Shown here piece after piece: positions 1-13,327 of a stretch of DNA of 64,000 nt. Within the stretch, counting starts at the first letter, position 1. Every line of letters begins with the position of its first letter. This DNA comes from Microbotryum violaceum (taxonomy: Eukaryota). The stretch spans positions 248,001-312,000 of the forward strand of contig CDLV01000007.1 of NCBI GenBank assembly GCA_001244265.2. Reading direction: 5' to 3'. The notes below the pieces were generated by a model. The model was not told where the DNA came from, made no database searches, and worked only from the letters and a program-made list of their open reading frames with translations. The translations under genes and the position numbers were made by a program.

Positions 1-915
1 CTAGCCAAAAGCGGACTTACGCCTGAGCTAGTCGCCGACGTTCGGCCGGAGGCACTTCAAGTGACCCCACAGCTCCAGCGGCCTGCACGACGAACATGAA
101 ACGTTGACAGTCGTCAATATACAGGTCATGCTCGCCAGAATCGCCCAGATTCACCTCAGTCTCGAAAAAAGCCATGAGAGCGAGCAACGCGGTACGGATC
201 CCCCACGACGGTTGCCACGTCTCGGGATGGAAGCTCGAGATCGAGAGGCAAATCTTCTTGTTGGTTTCGAACCGGCCCGAAGGGGTGGCCATGTAGATTT
301 CTGGGGGCTTGAATGGGTATTCCGAGGGGAGCTGTGGTAGGAAATGGCAAGTGGAGGGGAAGGGAATCATGTCGTGGTGGGAGCGGGACGGGACACGAGA
401 CCGAATTCGGGTTCAGCCTGGATGCTCGATCGGGCCGGGATGGACCGTGGACCGTGGAGTGGGGAATGGGGCTGCAACGACGAGGACGCAGAGGGTATGA
501 AACTTACGATCATTCGTCCATGGTAGACACCACCTAACCAGCACGAGGTACGCGCAGGGTAGAGGCACGAAAGAGGCGTCAGTACATGCCACGTCAATCG
601 CAACGCAACAGGGGCTGGCTGACGACCGCCCAGCCAGCCGACTCCCAGCCGGGGCGGTGGTGGTGATGATAGGCACGACGCCGACGCACTCGCTCGGTGG
701 CGCGGGCCAGCCAGCAGCCAGCAGCCGGATCACGACCCATAACAACACAAAGACTGACCTTCAAAGTCGGTACCCGAAGGACCCTTGATGGTGAAGTGCC
801 AGTTGAAGAGATCGTCCTCGAGCGGGCCGGCGCTGTAGTCGCACGAGTCATCGGCCTCTAGCTCGGACGCCTCTTTGAGGATCCTCTTGACGCCCGTACT
901 CGTTCGAGTGGCCAT
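1..915 (-). CDS. UBC6: Ubiquitin-conjugating enzyme E2, Ubc6/UBE2J class (spliced; 3' end runs off the window)
   Basis: Joined exons read MATRTSTGVKRILKEASEL...PLEDDLFNWHFTIKGPSGTDFEG / GVYHGRMI / LPSEYPFKPPEIYMATPSGRFETNKKICLSISSFHPETWQPSW. TPSGRF...KICLSIS..HP is the Ubc6-family signature containing the catalytic Cys. ATG at 915. Confidence 0.9.
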
Positions 916-1867
916 GGTCAGATCGAGAGGAGGGTAGTTGGTGAAGTCTATACCCACTTGCACACACACGGGAGTCTACTCGACGCGAGAGAGTCGGGTC
1001 GGCGGAGGAGAAGGCGAAGACAGAGGGGGCCAACTGGCGGGAACGGGCTCGAATGCCGAATGAACGCATTGCACTGGCCCGACAACTGAGACATACGTCG
1101 GCTCGCGTCACCGTCGCGACCAACGCTGGGGCGCTGCGTGGTGACTAGACATTCCAAGTTGAGTGTTTTAAATGCGTCTGAAAAATACCGGAAAATTTAC
1201 CAAGTACTCGGCCACCTGTCTCGATGCGGTTGGGCTCGCAGTAATACATGTATTATTACCTGCGCGCGAGATCAGCGCGCGTCTTGCTTCGGATTAGGAG
1301 GTGGTATGCAAAGACTGGAAAAGTTGTTGATAAAGCTTATTTTTTTAGGTACTAAACAATATTGCTATACATATTATGATGATAGTAATAAATTATGTAC
1401 CAAATTCGTTTTCGCGGGTATTAAACGAGACCTTTGACGTCTGTTCGATTTCCAAGCGCTGGGGAAAACTGGAGATTGCCACATCACCACTCTGAAGCGC
1501 TTGTCTTGTCCGAGTCTCGGCTTGCGGTCGGTGAGAGGGGCTGTGCCGCTCGGGATATCTGTGAGAAGGTGACAGTTCCGCACCACTACCATGCTGGTGC
1601 CAGGGCATCGAGGCTCCACGCCCCAATATTTTCACTGGTTTCAGCTTGTAGAGATGATCCAATTGCATTTTTGAGTCGGCTCTCATTGACTCTCCTCTCG
1701 AGGTTCAACCCCCAGACGTCCGCCCTTGGATCTTCTCCAAGAAACCCCTCCGCCCCGACTCTACATTTCACTCTGTACTCTCCCCACCACTCGTCGATGA
1801 CTTCCCATCCTCCCCATTTTGGTCCTCCGAAGTGCCCTCAAGCATCAAAGACGCCTTGCTCTTCTTC

Positions 1868-2877
1868 TTATGCTTCTTCACCCAAAGTCGGTGTTGTCCC
1901 ATTCGTCGCAGCGGGGATTTCTGTTGATGTTGCTGATGCTGGGGCACTGTTTCCTACGAGCTGAAGGTTTCGGTCGTAGCCCCATTCTGAATCCGGTCCC
2001 AGGAGAAAAGACAAAAAGGTCAGCTCGCTGCTTACGGAAGAAACGAGAAGGTTATTTGAGGGTTGAACTTACGTGTCAGATCATTCCACGTCTCGTTGAT
2101 GTCATTCTCTGAAATTGTTTTCATCACGCAACAGAACAAATCAGACCAGTTCAAAAGACACTGAAAGTCGACGCTCCAGAGAGGGCGTACCTGTTTGCAA
2201 TTGGTAGAGCTGGACGAAACCTTTGAAGGTCAAAGCCGGTGCTCCATCAACGCCGGTCGTGCAAGTCAAGAATTCCCTGCAAACGAACCCATCTTAATCT
2301 CGGGATCAGCATCTGACACCTTGCAACGAGAATCCTATTCCGGAATAAATAACGTACGCAATCTCCTTGTACGTCTCATCATCCATGACCTGCCCATTCG
2401 TATCCTTGGCGAAAGCGTTCAACTGCGCCCTCCCCAAAGTCGGTTGACCCTTGAGCGTCTCTTGTTCGGGTTCTTCAGGGTCCGGCAAGGAAACGCCTTC
2501 GGTCAAGGGAGCAGGGGGGAGGGAGGTCATGGATGCGTATTTGTGGAATACTTGGGAGAGCACTTGGCAGAACTGGGTTCGAGGAAGGGGACGGGGACGG
2601 GGCCGAGTGGTAAAATAGCGTTGAGCGCGCCGTAGACGAGCGTCGTCGTGAGCGGAATGGTGGGCAAGGTAATTAAAGTCACCAGAGGAATAAAGATCAC
2701 GTTAAGTCTTCCATCTTCGAGGACGGCCTAGAAGGGGTAACTTACGGGTTCGGAGAGGCCAAAGGAATCGTCGAGTAGACGTGTCGTATCGACCGGTGGT
2801 GGAGGTCGCGCCTCACGTGGAGCCGCGCGGACAGGTGAAGCCGTTCGCGACGACGACGCCGACGCCGACCCCGACAT
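1868..2877 (-). CDS. Small conserved fungal protein with EF-hand-like helices (5 exons)
   Basis: Manual splicing gives MSGSASASS...TRLLDDSFGLSEP / FCQVLSQVFHKYAS...RAQLNAFAKDTNGQVMDDETYKEI / EFLTCTTGVDGAPALTFKGFVQLYQLQT / ENDINETWNDLT / EWGYDRNLQLV...EEA*. GT-AG introns; LTFKGFVQLY resembles the exit helix of an EF-hand. Confidence 0.65.
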
Positions 2878-3563
2878 GGTTGGTAAAAGGGATGGGAGAA
2901 GGGAGAGGAAAAAGATATAAATCCCGGTTGGAACGGGTGGATGGAGTGAGATGCTAAACCAAGAAGATGGACCGGGACCAAGGGACGGACACGTATGTGG
3001 GGTGTGGGCCGCCGGAAGACCAACGAAGAGGAGAGACGGCGCTCGCGTCTCGGCCCTCCTTCATCTCAAGCGCTCACGCGCGGCCCAGCGGGTGGGGAGT
3101 CTCACTCTGCAGGGGGACATGCATCGTGCCCGTACGTCGATCCTCCACTCAAGGGGCAAGGCACGTGCCTCAAGGCTTTCACCAAGTGCAGCAGTGAAAG
3201 ATGGGTGTGATTAAAATTCGGTTGCAGATGATTGCCTTCGTATTCGTAGTGGTAATTAATAAAATGACAGCGACAGGAGAACAGCCTATTACACTCGGAG
3301 TCGAGAGAGGATAATGGACGTGGGGGGTGGGAACAGGTGATCGTCATGCCGTCGGGAGAGAAGGGCGCGATATGGACAACAATTTCGTATGTCCATCTAC
3401 GCAAGCACCATCAAAACAAGAAGATGGAAAAAGTAAAGAACAAACGAGAAAGCTACAGCCAGGTATGTAGCGTGTGGCCTGTCGCCGAGAACCCCTCGCC
3501 CAAAAGTCGCCGAAGCTTGCGGGAATTTCGGCGATAGGTGAGACTCGCCGAAAGAGTACCGCA

Positions 3564-4952
3564 TCACTGCTTCTTGTTTTGAGCGGCCCATCGGTCCTCC
3601 TGGTCGGTCTCGACGAGCACTTTGCTCGCCTTCCAGAACTGTACGACGTTGATGATTTGCTTGATCGCCATGACGGGGAATGTCAACAGCGCGACCAGTT
3701 CAGGCCAGGTGAGCACGCCGATGCGAGACAGCACCGACCCGGGGATCGTCTTCCACAACGCCAAGGGGAGGTACCCGGTGTAGCGTGCCAGGCCAAGAGG
3801 GACCTTGTAAGCATTCATGACGTAGAGCGCGACGAAGAAGAGCTCGTTTCCGGCGCAAAAGAAGAAGAGCGTTCGCTGAGGAGGAAGAAGATAGCTCGGC
3901 AAAGGGTCAGTCTCAAAAGTGGGGGTGAGTGGGAGAGGCCGACTAGATCACGACTGACGCTGTTGTTGTAGTAGGAATGCAAGATCCAGCTCTGTTTCTT
4001 GGTGACGGACTTGTGGCTTGCTGATCCTGACACGAGCGAGCTGCATCGAGGAGGGAGGTGTCCGGGGAAGTGGACTGGATCAGTTGCCAAAGCGGGACGA
4101 CCGGGGGCGGCGAGGGCGAGCATCGTCTCAAACTTACGCATACATGTGGATGTAGTGACTAGCAAAATCGAGGGAGATGAGAAACTGGAACAAGAGGGCG
4201 TATTGATCGTAGGTTGAGGCGAGGAAAGTGAGCAAGCAACTGGTCGTGCACCTGTGCAAGCGATAGGAAGCCATAGAACGGGGTCGAATCAGTCCCGAGT
4301 ATTGCCTCCGTATTGCCTCCGGCGCTCTCCACTTCAGTCTACGATCCAACGCACCTATCTGTGACCATGTCGAGGATGGCCCCAAAGCGAGATGTCTGCC
4401 CCAACGCGCGTGCGGCCTGGCCGTCGACGGCATCGAGCAAGCACGAGATGGAGTAGGCGACCGTGCAGAATTTGGGGTGCGTTGGCATGTAGGTCAATGA
4501 CGCCGCTGCGAGGATGACTCTTGTGTAACCTGTAGAGATGAAAGGCGGGTCAGTCGACTGTGAGTGCCGAGGGTGTGGGATGTCGTCGTCGTTGTTCGCG
4601 GAGGAGCCACATGTTCGAGGACCGAGGCGAGCGGTCGAGTTGGCCGATACGACGTCACACACCGCTCGACCGCTCGCACTGCTCAGGTAGATGCGTGGCC
4701 GGGCGTGCGGCCGAGTGTACCACCTCGTATGTGGTGGTTGGTGCTGAACGTACCAATGAGATTGGGTACAAAGAGAAAGATGTTCTCATCTGTTCGAGGT
4801 CGACGAGCTGGTGTGTCCGCTGGCGAGGCTGTTGCTACGGCCGAGGACGACGACGTCCCTGATGTCGCCTGCAGAGAGGGTGAGTACAGCTTTGGTTAGT
4901 CCTCACGACGATAGTGCCAAGGATCAGCCGTAAGACCCGCCTTTTTGGCCAT
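3564..4952 (-). CDS. PIS1: Phosphatidylinositol synthase (CDP-diacylglycerol--inositol 3-phosphatidyltransferase)
   Basis: ENIFLFVPNLIG / YTRVILAA...SCLLDAVDGQAARALGQTSRFGAILDMVTDR (CDP-alcohol phosphotransferase motif) / LDFASHYIHMY / FCAGNELFFVALY...KQIINVVQ. Confidence 0.95.
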
Positions 4953-5589
4953 GGGGGGAGGGGGGGAGGGGCTGCCGGTGGGGTGCGTGATCGGGGACCG
5001 CAGGATAGGGATGGCGCGGAAGGACCAGCTGAGCGAGCCTCCCCACGGCGGGGGAACGGCATGCCCAGCTTTAAGCTGCTCCAATTTGCAAGCTAGCTAA
5101 TGCTCGGCTATAGTTGCCCGAGTCAGCGGCTAATCACATTGGGACAATAAAACCGAGCTGAGCAAGGCCTACGCTGCACGATCCAAGTTTGTTCTCCAGA
5201 TGAACAGTTTGTGATGTTTCAGAGATTACTGGGCAAGCAAGGAGCGTCTCATCTCCGCCTGTTTGTAGTATTAATACAGCCTACCAGCCGAGCGACACGA
5301 TTCCTAGCCGGAGGTCGATCGGTGCAAATTCAGCAGTTTACTGCAACACCAGAGGAGGGAATGCTGACTGGGAATGCGATGCGACATGCCTTGCCAACCA
5401 AATGAAAACACCTGGTGTTCATACTTACCTTAGCTTTGGCTACTCTTTGCAGTCGACCTCGAGACTCCGAAGCTGACTCGGTCGAACTAATATTATAACC
5501 GAGAAATTGAGCGAGCGAGCGGACCCCACTGGCGTTCCCTCCTTCTGTGCCCATCGTCTGCCCCACCACCTCGCCGCCCTCCCAATACC

Positions 5590-7856
5590 ATGGCCGTCAT
5601 CAATGGGCACTCCAGCGATGGTATTCTGGACCTCCTCCCACCGAGGCAGTCCAAGATGGTTGTCAACGCGTGGGAGCCGCAGCACATGCTTGACGAGCCT
5701 GTACCACCACCCCCGGACACGCGCGAAGCCGAACTCGCCGCTCTCGCCGCGCAGGAGAAGCTTGGTCACGATGGCAAACGACAACGACTCAAGGCGAGGC
5801 GAACGGTGGATCCGTTTGGTGGTCTGGAGAGGTGGAAAATGGTCAGTTGCTGATCGAGCGGCGGCAGTCTCTGTGCAGAGCGGAGTCAGTGATGAAGCTC
5901 GCGAAACTCACCCCGGCAGTTCTCCCTCGCAGTTCCGTACGATGGCTACTTCCCAAAACGATCAACTCGTCGTTCGGCAGAGTCCTGCATTCCTCATCAA
6001 CGTGAGCCCAGCTTCATGCCCGGCGAAGCCCGCAGCGGCGAGCTATGAACTGACTAGGCCGTGGTTGTCTCTCAGCTTCTTCCACCGCAAGCCTACTCGA
6101 ACTACTCGTACTCGTACTGCACACGCTACTCTCACACCTCGACCAACAAGATCAGGTGTCCTGTCAACGTCGTCAAGGTGAGCCGCATCTTCAAATGACT
6201 CGCCGGAACGGGACCTTGTTGCTAACAAACGCTCCGTGTGCAGTGGACACCCGATGCAAGACGAATTCTCACCGGCTCGACCTCGGGCGAATTTACCTTA
6301 TGGAATGGTCTCACATTCAACTTTGAGACCATCTTACAGGTGTGTGCATTTCATCTCGCAGCCGAGTAAGCACTCTTGCACACGGCAAAGCTGACACTAT
6401 AGGGGCCCCAACTTGTCCGTAGGCACACGACTCGGCTGTCCGTGCCATGGAATGGTCACATTCAGGCCAATGGCTCGTCTCCACCGACAACAACGGTATC
6501 ATCAAGTACTTTCAAGCCAACATGAACAACCTCCAAGTCTTCCAAGGCCACAACGAATCGATCCGCGACATTTCCTGGGCACCGAACGACTTGCGCTTCG
6601 CGACCGGCGCCGATGACGGAACGATCAAATTGTGGAACTTTGAAATGATGAAGGAGGAAAAGACGCTTACCGGTCACGGCTGGGACGTCAAGTGCGTCAA
6701 GTGGCATCCGACCAAGGGGTTGATCGTCTCGGGCAGCAAGGACAATCTCGTCAAGTTTTGGGATCCGAGATCGTCGCAGGTCTTGACGACGTTGTCAGTC
6801 TTAGCCCTGTATAGCAAAACTTACACAATTCAAGTGCTGACCAATTTCCACGATCTTCCATCAACAGACATGGACACAAGAACACGGTCCAGGCCCTGGC
6901 ATGGAGTCCGAACGGAAACTACGTTGCGACAGCATCGCGCGACCAGCTCGTCAAGGTATTCGATATTCGTATGATGAAAGAGCTTGTCACATTGCGAGGG
7001 CACAAGAAGGAGGTTTGCTGTGAGTTAAGACTGTGTTCGGGCACGAGGTTCCTTTTGCACTGGAAGCTGAATTTGTATGGAGTCCGGTTTCGTCTACGCA
7101 GCCCTCGCATGGCACCCCGTTCATGATGATCTCCTCGTTTCGGGTGGTTCGGAAGGCTCGATCATTCATTGGTGCATGCCCGACGCCACGCCCAAAGACG
7201 TCGTCGAGTTCGCACATGACTCAAACGTCTGGGGTCTGGCATTCCACCCCCTCGGTCACATCCTCGTCAGTGCCGGCAACGATCACACGACTCGTTTCTG
7301 GTCCCGCGGACGACCGGCGCTCAAGATTGCGAATGATCGGTTTCATGTTGGAAGGGACAAGGCGAGGGAGATGGGTCAGGCTGAGCAGGAGGAACAGGAC
7401 GACGACGATTTCCTCCCTGGCTTCTCCAACAATCGGAATGGAGGTGGTGGAGGCGGAGGAGGGTACGGGGGAGGAGGTGGAGGCGGAGGGTATCAGCAAG
7501 GGGGTGGTTTTAGGCCACCGCCACCCATGTTCAACAACCCGGCGGGTTTGGCAGACGGGATGATGGGATCGATCCCCGGGTTCGGAGGCGATGCGGTACC
7601 GGACTTCGGTGGGCCACCTTCAAACGCGGGTGGGGGAGGGTATCAACGCAATCATGGCCAGGTACAGAACGGATACGGTGGATACGGTGGCGGTGGTGGA
7701 GGCCAAGGCATTCGGCGAGGCAATCCGTTGCCTTCTCAGCAGGATGCGCTGGACCGGTACGGAGGCCGAGGTGGCGGGGACGGGCAAGGACGAGGGCGGG
7801 GAAGAGGGCGGGGCGGTGGGAGAGGCGGTGGAGGAGGTCGGGGTCGACCGTATTGA
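5590..7856 (+). CDS. PFS2: Polyadenylation factor subunit Pfs2/WDR33 (WD40 repeats) with Gly/RGG-rich tail
   Basis: RRTVD motif in exon 1; [32 protein letters not shown] / [53 protein letters not shown]. Confidence 0.95.
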
Positions 7857-9628
7857 GCTGCAGGATGACGTAATGTAGTTTGGTCGTTGTACCTCGTTGG
7901 GTTGTATTTGGGTGGCTGATGCGCACTCGGGCCAAGGCTATGCAGTGCTGTCGAGTCATTCGTGTCGACGAAGAAAGAGGCGGTGCCCGCTTGGACAGGG
8001 CAAGTCGGCTTCACTCGCTCAGCAAAACTCGGGCTTTTATTACCCCGAGTTATCTGCTGCTTTGACGTAGGGTGGACCTAGCGGTCGCTGCCCGAGGCTC
8101 TGGACCCCTGAATGACTCGAGAGCGGCCGGCCGAGCCGCATTCGATCAATCGCAATTGACACCATCTTCACAAAACCTGAAGTTCTTGAACGTCCGGCCT
8201 GTAGAGATCCAATTTAATACCCATAGCATCTCAACACGCTTAGCATTCGGATGGAAAGACGCGGAGTGACAGGTACGCCGAGACCACTTCAACTCTCGGT
8301 TCGGCTGACTCTCAAGTCCGGCCCGCTTCCCTGGCTCGCTGCCCGGCTGACTCGGCGGTTTCGCTTTATTACCATGAAGCTACTTCAGAGGTAGGGTCAT
8401 ACGATGTCTTCTTTTTCTCACTGAAGGGTTCAGTATATTAAGCTATGCTCTTCGTTACCATTTCATATCGCGTCACTACGAGCTGTAGCGAGGCCCGGCA
8501 GCCGCTCTCGGGGCCGACGACACTCTTTTTGCCGCCAACTCTGTCTGCAATCCTTCTTGCCCAGGAGTACGTCGAAAGTCCTGCTATTCACTTTGGCGTG
8601 ATCTTAGGTGCTTTATGAGTGCACACAGAGAGTAAGCTATACCCCTCCCTACCAAACTTAGGCCACAACTGCTGATTGCCGTTTCTTGATCAGATGTGGA
8701 AATTTGTGGAACCGTGGGCTCTGGGATGCGCAGGTATCCGGCTGATCATGCGGGGCGTTCGCCGCTGCCGCCGCCGGCGATCCGCTTTGAGACTGATAAG
8801 GGGTCTCCTATTGGGGCTGGTCTGGACTTTCGCCGTGGTGCATACATCCACCCACGGAGATTGATCTGGTTTGTCTCTCTGTTTCAGTTCTTGGAAGCAT
8901 CCCGGATACTTGTGGAACCGCTGGCAGGATTAGGACCGCTTGGGCAAGTCAACAGGTGGGCCTGACCTCTTTCTCGATTTGGGTGGGACGTCAAAGCGGT
9001 TCAAACTGTGAGGCGGCGAGACGGCGGCGGCTTCCGGCAAGGCCGACGTTTCGCCCAATTGCTGACTCGGGTAAAAAAATCAGTGTGCTACGATGCAGAC
9101 GTGCGCAAAGGAAAGTAGTGTTTACTTGAAGACCGAAGCTTGTATAAAGCGTTGGGAAAATCAGCGTCGGGGCCTACGAATAAAAGAGAGCACGAAGAGG
9201 AAAAAACGAGACAAGGCCTAAGCGCAAGCTCTGGGCTAGCCTGCTCCATGCTCCTGGCTGCTGGGTGTGTGCGCGCTGGCACAGCTAGAGCCCACTGAAT
9301 CGAGCGACGTGCGCCGAGCTGCCGCGCGCGAGTCCGGCTCACCAAAAATTGCCCTCCAAGTGCTCGCACGCGCTGACCACATTACTCAATCGCCCGATTG
9401 CTCCTTGCACCTCCTCCATACCGCACCACGCCACCAACGATCGGGCTTTCCATTCCGTGTGACGCTCTTGAATTGTCAAGAGTTTCCCACTCTCTCTCCC
9501 TCCTACCTCCCCCTCTCCTTCTCCTTTCCTCCTCATCGGGTTCGATTCGTTTCGATACCCACCGGACTCGACTCGCGGACGAAAGCGACGGCCGGCCGTA
9601 GCGCGGTTTGGGCAAGGCGTTCGCTCGG

Positions 9629-12600
9629 ATGCTCACCCGCCGGAGTGGCAGCGGCAGCGGCGGCCAGCCCTTGACAAAGACGGCCTCGCCCTCACCAGGC
9701 GCGAACCACGGCGGCGACATTGGACGACGGAACGAGGCCCCCGCGGCTGGTGCTGCGGTTGTGCATCACCTGACGCGACGACGGACCAACAGCGTGATCC
9801 GACCTCCTCGCCGGCTCGACTCGCCCTCACCTGATCGCACGTCGTCGATGTCGACTGGCGCGAGTGCTGCAGCCGGGGCTCAATCACGCTCGTCCGCGGT
9901 GACTCGCGCGGGCGCGGGCGTAGGCGCTGCAGGCGCGGCCGCGACGATGAGCAGCAGCACGTTGAGCACGACACATCGACACGGCACGAGGCTAGCCAGT
10001 GCCAGCGCCACTTTCGCCTCGGCCTCAGGATCACCGTCGCACGCCGTTCCGAGCCACACAACCACTACATCAACACCATCAACAGTAACAACAACAACAA
10101 CCACAACCACGTCCTCTTCTTCTTCCTCTTCGCACTCTACCCCGACCCACTCCGCTTCCCACGCCGGCCCTCCCCGCCGGGCGCCAACCTTCCCCCACAA
10201 TGATAGCTACGTGCCCAACGCGGCAACTGGCCACCCGCGAGATTTCATCCCGCCGGAGCTCGACTTTCCTCCGCCCGCAATGGCTGCCAAGGTGCGCCAG
10301 CAAGACGCCGACGACAAGCTCCTCATGGCCATCTGCGACGTCCTACTCTCGCATGACAATCGCGCACTGTGCCCCAAGGAGATTGCCGAGGTCATGTTCG
10401 CTCGCGACTGGCTCAAGTCCGCGTGAGTCGCTTAATCTTACTCTTGAGGGCTTTCTTCTCCCCTTCCCTCTTTCACTCGATGTTGGGTGAACATCACGTT
10501 CATGCTGCCATCGTTTTTCCAAAAATAATAATAATCACATTTTATGGTCCGATACAATGGTACAGGACCCACCGAGTTTGAAACGCGTCACTGACCCGTT
10601 CTTTTTATCCTTTCCAACCCCGCCTTCGCACCTCGTCATTCCATCGATCGCCCGGCCTCTCCTCGATCACCTTATCCGGGACGGCGAAAAAAAAAAACCC
10701 CGATTCTCCCAATCTGCCCATCATTCAAAATGCGCAGTGGTACCACCCCTTTTGCCCACATCTCGACATGCATTCGATCACATACAAGACGTGCACAAAT
10801 CGCCAACCCACCATATCAACCGCTACTCGTCCCCTTCGAGCTCGTCGGAGCGCTTTCCCCGCACGAGGTCACAGCCGTCGGCTTGGTGGCAGAGGAACGC
10901 CCCGCGGTTAAGAGGGGCACGTTGTGGTATCTCAACGAAGCCCTATTTGGATCGGGTCTCGGTGTGGAGGATCCCTTCGTCCGGTGTCGTCGAGCCGCCG
11001 GCATGAGCACCGCCGGCCCGGCTTCGCTCCGCGCCCGCGGGCTGGTGCCCCTGTCGACCTTGCAGACCGACGACGACGACGGTGATGACGGAGGAATGGG
11101 TCGAGGAAAGCGAAAGCGTCGAGCTTCAAGTGCGATGCTAGCTGCTCTTACGACGGACATTGACTCGACCTCGGTCGCGATGAATGCACGGCCTGCAATG
11201 CTTCTCACCGGCCACCGAGGCGCTGCGGCACTGCAATCCTCGCACCATCGGCGCAACCCGCCCACCGCACCCTTAATGTCATCAGCCCCCGCCAAATCGG
11301 GCCTGCCAAAGCTGAGGTTACGACTCACCTGCCTCGAGGAGGTCGAGAACGACTCCGACGGTTTCACGAGTGACGCAGCTCGCCGCCGACGGGCCAGCAA
11401 GAAAAAGTCGCGACGTGGTACGAGTGCTGGAGCATCTGAGGCCAGTGGCGGCCGATCCGGCAGTGTTGAATCAGAACTCATCGACGCTAACCTGGCCGGG
11501 CACTCCTCGAGTGAAGACGATGACGTGGAGGACCTCATGATCGCTCGAGACATGTCGCGATCTCCAGGAAAATACTCGTCGGCCTCTTCGTCCGCTCTCC
11601 TTGCCCAAAGTCTGCTTGCCGCCTCAACCTCTTCGCCAATGCCTCCCATCTCCGATGGCCCTAGACAAGATGCCGTCTCTCCCGATTCGCTGCAACTCCC
11701 GTACGCCAGCCCGGCTGGCGGTGCCTCTTTCCGCGCGCACCGTCGCCACCACCTCTCCATGTCCACCCCCTCCCTGGTCTCACCCTTCTTGTCTGCTCGG
11801 TCCCCTGAGATGGTCATGGAGATGGATGACAACATGGAAGTTCCCCAGAGAGTCCTCCCAGATGCCGATCGACTCGACTCGGCGGACGAGGACGATTTTC
11901 ACGAGGCGATGCTTCGAGGCGACGATTTCGATTTTGAGTGGAGCTCCGAGTCTTATACGTCCAACATCACATTGCCGCCGTTCTCGTCCAAGTCTCGCTC
12001 GCGTGAGATGACACTATCCCTGCCCGAGGGTGCCTTTGACTTGAAGGACGAGATCGACGATGCGGCTTCGACCCCGGCAACCACGCCCCGATCACCTGCG
12101 GGCAGTGAGGAACCCGAACTTGGACCAGCTTCTGCCGCTCCCGCCGGGACCGCTTCCATCGACGGTCTAGGCAAGATGGGTATGGAGGAGACGCTCTGCG
12201 GAGCATATGCTGGCAAGACGGATGACTATCCCGGCAGCCAAAGCATTGAGATTAAAGTGGAGGACACTGAGAATGGCGAGTCGGGTGGAATTCTTGTGAC
12301 GACCCAACCATAATTGCCACAGTCGCTTACCTCTTGCTTTCTTATTGGTGCAGAACGTGTCCGCTCGACCGACTCTTTGACTTCGCTCGTGGACGAGGCC
12401 ATGTCGGCCGAGCCCGAAACGCCCGTCGTTACAGCCCGTACTGTTGACGAATCGGCTCTGGCCGTCCCGCTTCCTTCGCCTCTGGCCCTGGATCTGCCGC
12501 CCATGCTCGCATTGACGTCTTCCGTCGAATACGATTTTGTCGGTCACGAGGAGGAGCAGCATGCCCCTTTTGGTGCGAACTCTGCTTATGAGGACAACGC

Positions 12601-13327
12601 TGATGACGAAGAGGAGGATGAAGACGATGACCTCGTCACCGTCAAGCTCGAAGACGGCGGATCCATCTTGGCCGACACAGGGTCGTCATCCGCCTCTTCT
12701 CGATCGTCCTCGACCTTTCCCTACTTCGACTCGCTGAGTCGACGCATGCATGCTCTCCGCAACTCGCCCTCGAGTTCGGGCAGTTCGGAGAACGGCGATT
12801 TGTTTTGCGACCTGACCCCTACCGTCGTCAGCAAGTCAATGCTCGCCACCGGTCTACCTGTACCCCAACAAGCGCCGAGCCCACCCGAGACGACCGACTG
12901 GGGACTGCAGCTCGACTCTGACGAATTCGAACTCGACATTAGCCACTCGGCCGACTTCCTTGGTCCCGAGGCTGTTGGACTCGAGGAGCTCGACCTTGCA
13001 TGGGGCGGTGAAGACGAGGAACAAGCCGAGTTCGAGACGGACGAGCAGTTCAAGCTCCGATGTGAACAACGACTCAAGACTCGCATGATGGAGAAGGTTG
13101 CCTCGACGCCGACGTTTCTCACTGGTTGCCGCCCCTCGACGCCGCGTAGTCGGTCCCACATCTCCAAAACATCAACGCCGACTCCCGCCGCGCTTCGCGC
13201 AGCATTGCACGCCGATGATGACGAGGATGACGCGGGACCTCCGCCACCGCGTACCTCGGCTAAGCGCGAGCCGTTGCGTCCTTGCGATATCATTGCCGAT
13301 AGCGAAGGCTCCGACGAAGATCTCTAG
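9629..13327 (+). CDS. Large, mostly disordered nuclear protein with a Gds1/HARE-type winged-helix domain (3 exons)
   Basis: DDKLLMAICDVLLSHDNRALCPKEIAEVMFARDWLKSA / GTTPFAHISTCIRSH...KRGTLWYL across intron ~10423-10737. NLS-like GRGKRKRR; acidic Ser-rich remainder; second intron ends at 12353. Confidence 0.65.

Noticed and set aside
1374..1496. Box C (ATGATGA) ... box D (CTGA) pair suggesting a snoRNA
   Set aside because: No terminal stem or recognisable rRNA-complementary guide; such motifs arise by chance.
10816..11835. 339-aa minus-strand ORF
   Set aside because: Antisense shadow of the winged-helix gene's GC-rich exon; no domain features.
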